Shown here piece after piece: positions 10,132 through 20,631 of a stretch of 64,000 nucleotides of DNA. A model generated the notes under the pieces. It was not told the DNA's origin. It searched no databases and saw nothing but the letters and a program-made list of their open reading frames with translations. The translations under genes were made by a program, and so were the position numbers. This DNA is from an uncultured Pseudomonadota bacterium. Its GTDB lineage: Bacteria; Bdellovibrionota_B; Oligoflexia; Oligoflexales; CAIYRB01. Numbering within the stretch: position 1 is the first letter of the stretch; every line of letters starts with the position of its first letter. The stretch covers positions 3,893-67,892 of the forward strand of contig CAIYRB010000076.1 of the NCBI GenBank assembly GCA_903928445.1, in the 5' to 3' direction.

Positions 10132-12972
10132 GTGCGGATGTCAGAGCCACCATCTGTACAGAGCATGGAACAGCTTTCGACCAACCTGCCTTCGCCCGTT
10201 GCGAGTATCGAACTCGACGGCGTGTCGACCAACAACCTCAAAGCGGTTGATGTGGCGTTCCCCTTGGGCATGGTCAGTGTCGTCACCGGAGTCTCTGGCT
10301 CGGGAAAGAGCTCACTGGTCTTTGACACCCTTTACGGCGAAGCCTACCGCCGCTATGTCGAGAGCCTGTCGAGCTTTGCCCGTCAATACCTCCAAGCTCT
10401 TCCTAAGCCTGATATTCGCGCCGTTCGCCATTTGCCGCCGGCGATCGCGGTGCGGCAGATGCAGTCCGGCGCCAGCAATCGCTCGACGGTCGGTACGGCC
10501 ACCGAATTGACCGATTTGCTGCGGGTGCTGTTTACGCATCTTGCCGAAATCTACTGTAGTACTTGTGCCGCTCCGGTCCATAAGGATCATCCAGAGGCTG
10601 TGGCGGCAAAGACCGTGGGCGCGCATATCGGCAACAAAATAATGGTTTGTGCACCCTTGGAGCGCTGGGGCAAAGTTGCGGCTAAGGATCTGCGGGCGCA
10701 GTTGGAAGGCCAGGGGTTTAGTCGCCTACTCACCGCAGGCGGCGCGACGGTGAAGCTCGGCGAGGCGAAGGTCGCCGAGTTTAAGGGCGCGGCTGTGGTC
10801 ATTGATCGCCTGAGCGTTGGTCCAGACAGCGTGAGCCGGCTCGGGGAATCCCTGCGGCTGGCATTTAAAGTTGGGCGCGGCAAGCTTTGGGTGGTGCCGC
10901 CAAATGGCACGCCTGAGCTCTTTTCCGCCGGTTTGGACTGTCCAAGTTGCGGTCAGGAGTATCTGGAACCGTCGATGGCGCTGTTGTCGTTTAATCACCC
11001 GCTTGGCGCCTGTCCCGCCTGTCAGGGGTTTGGGTTTACCAGCGACGTCGACATGAGCAAGGTGATTCCAGATCGCACCTCGTCGTTGGCTGAGGCCGGT
11101 GTCGTTGCCTGGAACTTTGGTGCTTTTAAGGAGTACTACGCTTGGGCAAAGGTCAGCGCCAAGGCTCGCTCGATGCCCTTTGATAAACCGTTCAGCGACT
11201 ATAGTGACGACGACTGGCAGTGGCTGCGCGCTGGGTCTGGCAAGGCCTTTGATGGGATCGATGGATTTTTTGCCTATCTCGCCAGCAAGAAATATAAGGC
11301 GCATTACCGCATCCACGCCGCGCGTTTTCGCCTTTATGTGCCGTGTGCCACCTGCGGTGGCCAGCGTCTGAACAACAAGGCGCTGGCTTGCCAGATCCAA
11401 GGCGTCCATTTAGCGCAGGTCTGCAAGATGGCAGTGACCGATGTCGAAGCGTGGCTCAGCAAGGTCCAGACAGTCGCCGAGTCCGGCGCTGCCGAGGGGC
11501 ATCAGGCGGCAAACGACGGGTTGCTTGGGATCACCGAAGCCGTTCAAGAGATGGCGGCACGCTTAACCTATCTACGTAAAATCGGTGTGTCCTACCTCTC
11601 GCTCGATCGTGCCGCGCGCTCCTTGTCCGGCGGTGAACTCCAGCGCATCAATATGGCCCGCTGCCTTGGTAGTGCTTTAACCGACACCTTGTTTTGTTTA
11701 GATGAGCCGAGCTCCGGGCTGCACGCGCGCGATAGCGGCAACCTTCTCGCGATCATTCGCGAGCTGCGTGACCAGGGCAACACGGTGGTCATGGTTGAGC
11801 ATGAACGGCGGCTGATCGCTGGCGCGGACCACCTAGTTGAGATCGGTCCTGCGGCTGGGCACGCCGGGGGCCGCGTTGTTTATGCTGGAGCGGCGCAGTT
11901 GTGGCGGCGCCCCGAGGTAGCGCCGCCGCTTAAGGCCGCGTCTATTGGTCAAGGCCACCGCTTTATCGAGATCAAGGGCGCGCGTACCCATAACCTGAAG
12001 AACCTGTCGGTGCGCTTTCCCGTGGCTGCAATCACCGCGGTGTGTGGCGTCAGCGGCAGCGGCAAGACCAGCTTGGTCCAGCACACCCTTTATCCGCTGC
12101 TTGCGGCGACCCTTGGGCAGGCCATTGAACGCAGCTCTGAGTCGCAGCCAGTCGCAGATGGGGTGGGGCCGGCAAACTTGATCAAGGTCCACGGCGAAGT
12201 CGTGCTGGTTAGCCAAGCCTCCTTAGGGCGCTCCAGCCGCTCCAATATTGCCACCTACCTGGGCTTGATGGATGAGCTTCGTAAACTGCTGGCGGCGCAG
12301 CCCCTGGCGCGTAAGTTGGGCTTAAAGCCTGGCTCTTTTAGCTTTAACACCCCTGGGGGTCGCTGCGAGACTTGTCGCGGCCTCGGCACGGTGACGGAAG
12401 ACCTGTCGTTTCTTGGTGAGATGGAGGTCAGTTGCCCAGCGTGCTCCGGTCGGCGCTTCGAAGATAAAGTGCTTGGCGTCGAAATTCTTGGGAAAAACCT
12501 GATCCAGATGCTTAAAATGACGGTGGCTGAGGCGCGTGAGTTCTTTTACGATCGGCCGATCATCGTCAAGATCTGCGACCAGGTGATGGGCATGGGCATG
12601 GGTTATCTGACGCTAGGACAGCGGACCAGCAGCTTTTCTGGTGGCGAGGCGCAGCGGCTTAAGCTGGTCAGTCGCGTGCGCGGCGCCGAGCCGGGCAAAC
12701 CGTCGATCTTGATCTTTGATGAGCCGACCACTGGCCTGAGCGATAGCGACGTCGCCAATCTCCTGGACCAGCTGCGGCTACTGACGAAACAAGGTCATAC
12801 GGTGATCGTCGTCGAGCACCATCTTGATGTTTTGCGTTCGGCGGATTGGCTGATAGAAATAGGCCCTGAAGCAGCGACGGCCGGCGGAGAACTGGTTTAT
12901 TCCGGAGTGCCGGCGGGATTGACAGCAGTAAGTCGGTCGTTGACGCGACCCTACCTTTGGGGGCCATTATGA
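10132..12972 (+). CDS. uvrA: excinuclease ABC subunit A (UvrA paralogue)
   Basis: Two ABC cassettes (GVSGSGKSS, LSGGE, DEP; GVSGSGKTS, FSGGEAQR, DEPTTG), Zn-finger CxxC pairs, YVESLSSFARQ. Confidence 0.92.
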   Translation: MRMSEPPSVQSMEQLSTNLPSPVASIELDGVSTNNLKAVDVAFPLGMVSVVTGVSGSGKSSLVFDTLYGEAYRRYVESLSSFARQYLQALPKPDIRAVRHLPPAIAVRQMQSGASNRSTVGTATELTDLLRVLFTHLAEIYCSTCAAPVHKDHPEAVAAKTVGAHIGNKIMVCAPLERWGKVAAKDLRAQLEGQGFSRLLTAGGATVKLGEAKVAEFKGAAVVIDRLSVGPDSVSRLGESLRLAFKVGRGKLWVVPPNGTPELFSAGLDCPSCGQEYLEPSMALLSFNHPLGACPACQGFGFTSDVDMSKVIPDRTSSLAEAGVVAWNFGAFKEYYAWAKVSAKARSMPFDKPFSDYSDDDWQWLRAGSGKAFDGIDGFFAYLASKKYKAHYRIHAARFRLYVPCATCGGQRLNNKALACQIQGVHLAQVCKMAVTDVEAWLSKVQTVAESGAAEGHQAANDGLLGITEAVQEMAARLTYLRKIGVSYLSLDRAARSLSGGELQRINMARCLGSALTDTLFCLDEPSSGLHARDSGNLLAIIRELRDQGNTVVMVEHERRLIAGADHLVEIGPAAGHAGGRVVYAGAAQLWRRPEVAPPLKAASIGQGHRFIEIKGARTHNLKNLSVRFPVAAITAVCGVSGSGKTSLVQHTLYPLLAATLGQAIERSSESQPVADGVGPANLIKVHGEVVLVSQASLGRSSRSNIATYLGLMDELRKLLAAQPLARKLGLKPGSFSFNTPGGRCETCRGLGTVTEDLSFLGEMEVSCPACSGRRFEDKVLGVEILGKNLIQMLKMTVAEAREFFYDRPIIVKICDQVMGMGMGYLTLGQRTSSFSGGEAQRLKLVSRVRGAEPGKPSILIFDEPTTGLSDSDVANLLDQLRLLTKQGHTVIVVEHHLDVLRSADWLIEIGPEAATAGGELVYSGVPAGLTAVSRSLTRPYLWGPL

Positions 12973-13790
12973 GTAAGTACACACAGCGTGAAGCTGTGAC
13001 CATCAGCCAGATCCTGGCGGCGAAGCAAAGTGGCCAGAAGTTATCGGCGGTGACCTGCTATGATAGCGCTTTTGCTCGTCTCATCGATCACACGAGCGTC
13101 GACATCGTGCTGGTTGGCGATAGCTTAGGCAACGTCATGCTCGGTCATGACGGCACGGTAGCTGTGACCATGAACGATATGCTGCATCACACGGCGGCTG
13201 TGGCGCGGGTGCTAAAGCGGCCGTTTTTATGCGCTGATATGCCGTTTTTAAGCTACCAGGTCTCGACCGAGCAGGCGCTGACGAACGCTGCTCGCCTGAT
13301 TCAGGATGGCGGCGCGCAGGGCGTGAAGGTCGAGGGTGGCCACCCCATTTGTTCCCAGGTCAAGGCGATCGTTCAGGCTGGGATCCCAGTGATGGGGCAT
13401 TTGGGTCTGACCCCACAAAGCGTCCACGCCATGGGCGGGTACCGGGTACAAGGCCGTGGCAGCGACGCGGCGCAGCAGATCCTCGATGATGCTCATGCTC
13501 TGCAAGATGCCGGGATCTTTGCACTCGTCCTGGAAATGGTGCCAGAGCGGCTGGCCGAGCGGATCACGGCGTCGCTGCACGTTCCGACCATCGGTATCGG
13601 TGCCGGGGCGAAATGCGATGGCCAAATCCTTGTCTTGCACGATATCCTGGGCTTTGACTCCGGCTTCAGTCCGAAGTTTTTAAAGAAGTACGCCAATCTT
13701 GGCGACACCGTGCAGCAAGCCTTAGATGCCTATGACCGCGACGTCAAGGACGGGGTATACCCAGGGCCGGAACATAGTTTCAAAGAGTGA
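12969..13790 (+). CDS. panB: 3-methyl-2-oxobutanoate hydroxymethyltransferase
   Basis: LVGDSLG, ADMPF, VKVEGG, GHLGLTPQ, IGIGAG..CDGQILV; ATGA overlap with uvrA stop. Confidence 0.97.
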   Translation: MSKYTQREAVTISQILAAKQSGQKLSAVTCYDSAFARLIDHTSVDIVLVGDSLGNVMLGHDGTVAVTMNDMLHHTAAVARVLKRPFLCADMPFLSYQVSTEQALTNAARLIQDGGAQGVKVEGGHPICSQVKAIVQAGIPVMGHLGLTPQSVHAMGGYRVQGRGSDAAQQILDDAHALQDAGIFALVLEMVPERLAERITASLHVPTIGIGAGAKCDGQILVLHDILGFDSGFSPKFLKKYANLGDTVQQALDAYDRDVKDGVYPGPEHSFKE

Positions 13791-13829
13791 TCCCAACCAC
13801 CATCCCGTGCAGCGGACAATAAAAACGAC

Positions 13830-14933
13830 ATGGCGACTAAACGCGACTATTACGAGATTTTGAGCATCGAACGCACCGTGACCGAGGTGGAGATTAAGGC
13901 CGCCTACCGTAAGGCGGCGCTGAAGCATCACCCCGACCGCAACCCAGGTGATCAGGCCGCGGAGCTGATGTTCAAGGAGGCCTCGGAGGCCTATGAGATC
14001 CTTAGCCAACCGGAAAAGCGCGCCGCCTACGATCGCTATGGACATGCCGGTGTGCAGGGGCAGGGCTTTCAGGATGCTGGTGATATCTTTTCGAGCTTTG
14101 GCAATATCTTCGAAGAATTCTTTGGTTTCAGCGGTGGCGCGCAGGGCGGTGGCGGCCGCGGGCGGGTTCGCCGCGGCGCCGATCTGCGCTACGATCTGAC
14201 GCTCGAGTTTGAGGAGGCGGTATTCGGTATCGACCGCGAATTGGAGTTTGAGCGAGCCTGCGAGTGTGCTGAGTGCAACGGCAGCCGTGCAGAGCCCGGT
14301 GGCAAGTCGACCTGTAAAACTTGCGGCGGCGTGGGCCAGGTACGCCGCAGTCAGGGTTTTTTTGCGATCCAGACGGCCTGTCCAACGTGCCGCGGTGAAG
14401 GTGAGCAGATCACCAGGCCGTGCAAAAGCTGCCACGGCAAAGGCGTGAAGATGGAGCGCAAGAAGCTCTCTGTCAAAATCCCGCCAGGTGTCGATACGGG
14501 ACTTCGCCTGCGGGTCGGCGGCGAAGGCGAATCGGGTGGCGCGCAGGGACAGGCCGGCGATCTCTACGTGGTGCTTCATGTCAAAGAAAGTAAAATATTC
14601 GAGCGCGATGATAACGACTTAGTTCTGACGCGTCCGATCGGTATTGCGCAGGCGTCCTTGGGTAGCAGGCTGACGATCCCTACCCTTGAGGGTGACAAAA
14701 CCATTGAAGTCCCCGCAGGCGTTCAGCATGGTCACCGCATTACCCTCGCTGGGTCTGGCGTGCCGCATCTTAAGGGCATCGGGCGAGGCGATTTACACGT
14801 GCAGCTTGAACTGGTGGTGCCGAAAAAGTTGAGCAAGGAGCAACGCGAGTTACTGGAAAAATTCGCCGAAATTTCCGGCGAGGATGCCCATGCTGGCGGT
14901 GGTGGCTTCTTTCATAAGATCTTCGGTGACTAA
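13830..14933 (+). CDS. dnaJ: chaperone DnaJ
   Basis: J-domain HPD, G/F-rich region, four CxxCxGx(G/R) repeats, C-terminal domain. Confidence 0.97.
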   Translation: MATKRDYYEILSIERTVTEVEIKAAYRKAALKHHPDRNPGDQAAELMFKEASEAYEILSQPEKRAAYDRYGHAGVQGQGFQDAGDIFSSFGNIFEEFFGFSGGAQGGGGRGRVRRGADLRYDLTLEFEEAVFGIDRELEFERACECAECNGSRAEPGGKSTCKTCGGVGQVRRSQGFFAIQTACPTCRGEGEQITRPCKSCHGKGVKMERKKLSVKIPPGVDTGLRLRVGGEGESGGAQGQAGDLYVVLHVKESKIFERDDNDLVLTRPIGIAQASLGSRLTIPTLEGDKTIEVPAGVQHGHRITLAGSGVPHLKGIGRGDLHVQLELVVPKKLSKEQRELLEKFAEISGEDAHAGGGGFFHKIFGD

Positions 14934-14950
14934 AAGTCGAGCTAAGAGGC

Positions 14951-15057
14951 TGTTCGCAAATTCCGTGTCTCCATACTTCCGCGCCTCCGTGGTTAAATTG
15001 GGCGTTTGGGTTTGACCACTGAGGCGCGGAAGTATGGAGACACGGAATTTGCGGACA
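14951..15057. repeat. long inverted repeat/foldback element between convergent genes (MITE/REP-like; may also act as a bidirectional terminator)
   Basis: Perfect 33-bp arms 14955-14987 and 15021-15053, extended outward and inward with G-U pairs, 13-nt loop. Confidence 0.85.
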
Positions 15058-15061
15058 TGTT

Positions 15062-15838
15062 CTAAGTGTGGGGAATGGGCGTGGCCATGAGTTTATCGTG
15101 CCAGGCCAAGACCGATTTTAGGTCGATCGCGTCCAGATTGCGAATATTGTAGTGGTAGTGCTGAAACACGGCCTCCTCGGTCACCTCGTCGAGGCGGCCT
15201 TTTTTGCTCAGCTGGAGCCCCTTGATCTCGGGGATCAAGTCGTTGCTCAGGAACAGCGTCGCCGCTCCGTCGCTAAATTTATGATGCATCGAGGCGACGT
15301 TATAAAAGTTGCGGTCGATGGTGCAAGACTTGCAAAACTTCCACTGGTGCCGCGCTAGTCCTGCCTCGGTGTTAGCCGCGCTGCAGGTGACGCAGAACTC
15401 GACGACGCGAAAATTCTTTGATGTCAGGTAGCGAAAGGCCAGCTTGCGCCGCGTCTCACGGTCGTTGGCTAGGCTGAGAAAGACCGCGTTCTTGCGGTCG
15501 AACAGCTTTTTACGCTCGTCTATGGAGGGGCATTTCTTGGCGTGGCTGGTCAGCATGAGAGCGCTGAGAAAGCGGTAATTGATCGCTCGCTCCGGTCGTT
15601 CCATATTGGCGAACGCCTCAAACAACGCCTCGTAACGGCGAAACAGGCCAGTCAAGTCGCGCGTCGGGTTGCGAATCAACACCAACTCGCCGGCGAACTG
15701 CAGCTTTAGACTGCCTTGCGGCACCCTTTTGGCGACCTTTTTCGCGGTCCCAGCCTCACTGGGCTGGAGATTCGCCGCAGCGCTAACTTTTTCCCCGGTC
15801 ACGAGTTGGAGGCTCCTTTGTCGATGATGCTCGGTCAA
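15062..15838 (-). CDS. hypothetical protein with two CxxC motifs (possible Zn binding)
   Basis: 258-aa ORF, CVTC and CKSC; follows the lolC/E-like gene on the same strand. Confidence 0.65.
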   Translation of the reverse strand: MTEHHRQRSLQLVTGEKVSAAANLQPSEAGTAKKVAKRVPQGSLKLQFAGELVLIRNPTRDLTGLFRRYEALFEAFANMERPERAINYRFLSALMLTSHAKKCPSIDERKKLFDRKNAVFLSLANDRETRRKLAFRYLTSKNFRVVEFCVTCSAANTEAGLARHQWKFCKSCTIDRNFYNVASMHHKFSDGAATLFLSNDLIPEIKGLQLSKKGRLDEVTEEAVFQHYHYNIRNLDAIDLKSVLAWHDKLMATPIPHT

Positions 15839-15863
15839 ACGTTATCATTGGCTAGGGTGGGAA

Positions 15864-17114
15864 TCAATTCGCGCCTTGATTGCCGCGAAAGCCCTCGACG
15901 GGGTCGACGCGACTGGCCATAAATGCCGGAAATAAGCCAGCGAGGACGGCGATCGCCAGACTGACCGCGCCCACTGTGATATAGACCCACCATTCGTAGG
16001 CCACGGGTAAGCGAGCCAGCAAATAAAGATCGGGGAGGTCGATAAACTGATAGCGTTCGAGCAGCGAACACAAGCCGACCGCTAAGACCATGCCGATGAG
16101 TCCACCGACCACGCCGACGTAGATCCCTTGTTTGATAAATAGGATGAGGATTTGTCGATTGGTGGCACCAAGTGCTTTCAGGATGGAGATGTCGCGTTGG
16201 CGTTGGCTGACCGCGACAAATACGGTTGTGAGGATATTAAAACCGGCGACCCCTGCGACCAGGCCGGTGATCAACAAGATGACGACGCGCTCCATCCGCA
16301 TGGCTTCGAACAGCGGCTTATTGAATGATTGCCATTCCTTGATCGACAGCGAGTATTTGGCGCTCATCTGCTCCGCCACGGCGGGGCTATCCCAGGGCTT
16401 GATTAAGCCGATCTCGAGTCCGGTTACCCGCTTATTTTTGTAAAAAAAACGCTGCGCTGCCGGCAGGCTCATGAGGATCAGCTTGTTGTCGTAGTGCTTG
16501 AGGCCAGAGTCATAGACGCCGACGATCCTGAACTTTTTCATGCCAGCGAGGTTTTCCTTGGACGGGTCAACGAGATCGACGGTCTCGCCCACCTTGCCAC
16601 CGAGCAGGGACAGCAAACCCGTGCCGACGACGACCGACGGTACTTCTGGAGCTGGCTTACCCGCTCCGTCATCGATGATCTCCTGCTGCAAGATGTCGAG
16701 GGCACTGCTTGGCCTAGTGATCGAGGCTAGGCTCTGCACGCTTTCACGCAGCTTCGGATCGGTGCCGCGAATCAGGACGCCATGCAGCAAGGTCTCGCGC
16801 CGTGCCATGGTTTCGAAATGGATAAACGGCGAGATCCCGCTGACGACGCCCTTGAAATCACGGTTGATGTCCTTGGTCCACTCTGCCGGATTGTTCATGC
16901 CGTTGGGAAAGCGGTAGGCCATGATGTGGGCATTGGCTTCGAGAAAGCGCCGGCGCAGCTCCGTCTCGAAGCCATTGATCACCGACCAGACCACGATCAT
17001 CGCCGCCACACCGATGGCGACGCCGGCGATCGTTAGCAGCGAGATCCAGGAAAAGAAGCGGTTGTTGCGTCCCGCCTGCATGTAGCGACGAGCGATAAAC
17101 GTGGTGACGGACAT
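15864..17114 (-). CDS. lipoprotein-releasing ABC transporter permease, LolC/LolE family
   Basis: IARRY, GVAIGVAAMIVVWSVINGF, MacB-like periplasmic domain, ISILKALGA, FPAFMASRVDPVE. Confidence 0.9.
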   Translation of the reverse strand: MSVTTFIARRYMQAGRNNRFFSWISLLTIAGVAIGVAAMIVVWSVINGFETELRRRFLEANAHIMAYRFPNGMNNPAEWTKDINRDFKGVVSGISPFIHFETMARRETLLHGVLIRGTDPKLRESVQSLASITRPSSALDILQQEIIDDGAGKPAPEVPSVVVGTGLLSLLGGKVGETVDLVDPSKENLAGMKKFRIVGVYDSGLKHYDNKLILMSLPAAQRFFYKNKRVTGLEIGLIKPWDSPAVAEQMSAKYSLSIKEWQSFNKPLFEAMRMERVVILLITGLVAGVAGFNILTTVFVAVSQRQRDISILKALGATNRQILILFIKQGIYVGVVGGLIGMVLAVGLCSLLERYQFIDLPDLYLLARLPVAYEWWVYITVGAVSLAIAVLAGLFPAFMASRVDPVEGFRGNQGAN

Positions 17115-17236
17115 GAGGCGCCTGTCAAAAGCTAGGTGTGATGCCAGAGTTCTCGTTTATAGCCGGACTGGCTGGCTTTTCAAAGCTGCTTGCAAGGTGG
17201 CCGCTTTGACCGCGGCTGGGAGCCAAGCGAGGGCGG

Positions 17237-18271
<1,035 letters not shown>

Positions 18272-18329
18272 CTATGATTATTCCATGATCTGTGTTTTAA
18301 TATCAGCACTTTTATCAAGGGGATGAGCG

Positions 18330-18929
18330 TTGTCCAAGCCCTGGCCGCGGATGATCCTGGGTATCGATCCCGGATCTCGACTCACCGGTTTTGCCCTGAT
18401 CCAAAGCCGCTGCGCCCGGCCGATGCTGCCACGAGACTTTGTCGTCGTTCAGGCTGGGGTCCTTCGCGCCGATGGCGACCTTCCCCACCGCGAACGCCTT
18501 GGTCTTTTGCACGCCGCCCTTTACGAACTGGCCGTCGATCTGAAGCCCGATGTGTGTGTCCTTGAGAAGGCCTTTTTTGGCGAAAACGCTAGCAGTGCCT
18601 TGAAGTTGGGTGAGCTTCGCGGCGCCTACATCGCTGCCTGTGCAAGGTGTGTGGTGCCGGTCGAGGAAATCACCCCAGCCGAGGTTAAGAAATCGATCAC
18701 CGGCCATGGTCGAGCCGATAAGGTGATGATTGAGATGGCCTTAAAGACCTTGCTGGGGTTTGACCGTGGTGGCCTGCCGCACGATGTCACCGATGCCTTG
18801 GCCATCAGCCTGTGCTTCGGTCTGCAACTCACCCGCAAGTGGGCTGAGCCGACGGAGGTGCCCCTGCGTCAAGGCGGCCGTGGCGTCGATTTTGGGCGTA
18901 GGCCAAAGGCGCCATTAACCAGAGCATGA
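18330..18929 (+). CDS. ruvC: Holliday junction resolvase RuvC
   Basis: ILGIDPG, LEKAF, LKLGELRG, VKKSITGHGRADK, DVTDALAI. Confidence 0.93.
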   Translation: MSKPWPRMILGIDPGSRLTGFALIQSRCARPMLPRDFVVVQAGVLRADGDLPHRERLGLLHAALYELAVDLKPDVCVLEKAFFGENASSALKLGELRGAYIAACARCVVPVEEITPAEVKKSITGHGRADKVMIEMALKTLLGFDRGGLPHDVTDALAISLCFGLQLTRKWAEPTEVPLRQGGRGVDFGRRPKAPLTRA

Positions 18930-19125
18930 AATAGGCTCCGATTTCATGATTTTGCAGGGCTAGTTAATACAATATCATTGACTCTATGGGCTAAATCAGG
19001 CAATGATACGGGCTCGTAGATTGTCTGGATAGCTATGGGTTCCTTGGCCGCATGAAGATGAGGCCCGGCTTTTAGGTGTTATCATCAGAGCCTGGAGCCT
19101 AGCGATCATCATTGGAGTGGTGGAT

Positions 19126-20556
19126 ATGCGCGTTTTGGTGGTGGATGACGATGAAACGCTGCGCTTGATCGTGCGCTCAACGCTCGAGAGTCGCGGCGAT
19201 GAAGTGGTCGAGGCCGAAGACGGCGAAAAGGCCGTGCAGCTTGTCGCCAATTCCGGACCCTTCGACGCCGTCTTGCTCGATGTCAATATGCCGCGTTTGT
19301 CTGGCATCGACGCCCTGATTCGCATCAAGGACCTAAGCCCGACGACCTTTTGTTTGATGCTGACCGCCTACACGAATGTGCAGGACGCTGTTGCGGCGAT
19401 CAAACACGGCGCTTTTGACTACCTTGAGAAGCCGATCGATGGTGACCGACTGCTGCGGGTGATGGATTCGGCGATTGCTGCCAATGCTTTGGTGGCCCAG
19501 CTGCGGTTCTCGGCGCCGCAACTTGAATTTGATACTGGCCGGAAGATCATTGGTAGTTCGACGCAGATCCAGAAGGTGTTCGAAATCATCCACCGCCTAG
19601 CCAAGGTCGACACCTCGGTGATGGTGCGCGGCGAGAGTGGGACCGGCAAGGAGCTGGTCGCGCGGGCGATTCACGTGAATTCGCACCGCATGAAGGGACC
19701 CTTTGTCGCCGTCAACTGCGCGGCAATTCCAGAAAACCTGATCGAGAGCGAGATCTTTGGTCACGAAAAAGGCGCCTTCACCGGCGCCGACCGCAAAAAG
19801 ATCGGTAAATTCCAGTTTGCTGAAGGCGGCACGCTGTTTCTCGATGAGATCGGCGATATCAGCGCCCAAATGCAGGTTAAGCTGTTGCGCGTGCTGCAAG
19901 AGAGGCTGTTTACACCGGTAGGTTCCAATCAGGAGATCAAGACCGATGTGCGCGTCGTCGCCGCGACTAACCAGCCGTTGGAGAAGATGACCCAGACTGG
20001 AGCCTTTCGCGCCGACCTGTTTTATCGCTTGAACGTCATGCCGATCACTCTGCCGCCGCTGCGTGAGCGCCGCGAAGACATCGCGCCACTAGCGCAGTTT
20101 ATGGTGCAAAAGTTTAATAAGCTCCATCAGCGGACGATCAAAGGCTTTGACAACCGGGCGCTTGGGGCCTTGCGCCTGTACAATTGGCCGGGCAATATTC
20201 GCGAGTTAGAGAACGTCGTCGAACATGCGTTTATCGTCGAAGCCTCGGAGCTGGTGCGCATCGAGTCCTTGCCCGAGCATATCCAAGCGATGGCGGCAGG
20301 TAAGAAAGAAGTGCTGGGCGAGGCCTTGGGTGAGCCCGCAAACGGCGGCGAAGGTCCCGCGCTTGCGCAGGTCTCAGACCTCAACTACCCACAGCTCAAA
20401 GAGCGATTTGAACGCGAGTTTCTGATTCGCGCCTTGCGGGCTTTCAATGGTCGGGTGAATCAAACGGCGGAGCACACCCAGATGACCAAGGTGACGTTGC
20501 TGCGTAAACTTGAAAAGTATGGCATCGATCCGAAGAGCTATTACAACCAGCATTGA
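19126..20556 (+). CDS. sigma54-dependent response regulator (NtrC/AtoC family)
   Basis: REC domain (VVDDD, DVNMP, KP), [31 protein letters not shown]-terminal HTH. Confidence 0.95.
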   Translation: MRVLVVDDDETLRLIVRSTLESRGDEVVEAEDGEKAVQLVANSGPFDAVLLDVNMPRLSGIDALIRIKDLSPTTFCLMLTAYTNVQDAVAAIKHGAFDYLEKPIDGDRLLRVMDSAIAANALVAQLRFSAPQLEFDTGRKIIGSSTQIQKVFEIIHRLAKVDTSVMVRGESGTGKELVARAIHVNSHRMKGPFVAVNCAAIPENLIESEIFGHEKGAFTGADRKKIGKFQFAEGGTLFLDEIGDISAQMQVKLLRVLQERLFTPVGSNQEIKTDVRVVAATNQPLEKMTQTGAFRADLFYRLNVMPITLPPLRERREDIAPLAQFMVQKFNKLHQRTIKGFDNRALGALRLYNWPGNIRELENVVEHAFIVEASELVRIESLPEHIQAMAAGKKEVLGEALGEPANGGEGPALAQVSDLNYPQLKERFEREFLIRALRAFNGRVNQTAEHTQMTKVTLLRKLEKYGIDPKSYYNQH

Positions 20557-20631
20557 TACCTTCTGCGCGGCATGGCCTTTCATGCTAAAATCGCTTTAGA
20601 GACCATTAGGAACTAAGGCGAAAGGCGGCCC

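Noticed and set aside
10132-12972. UvrA paralogue as a novel resistance or defence ATPase
   Set aside because: Additional UvrA-like paralogues are widespread and the context (panB, dnaJ) is housekeeping
13722-14579. 285-aa ORF on - strand
   Set aside because: Antisense shadow of dnaJ, typical of GC-rich conserved genes
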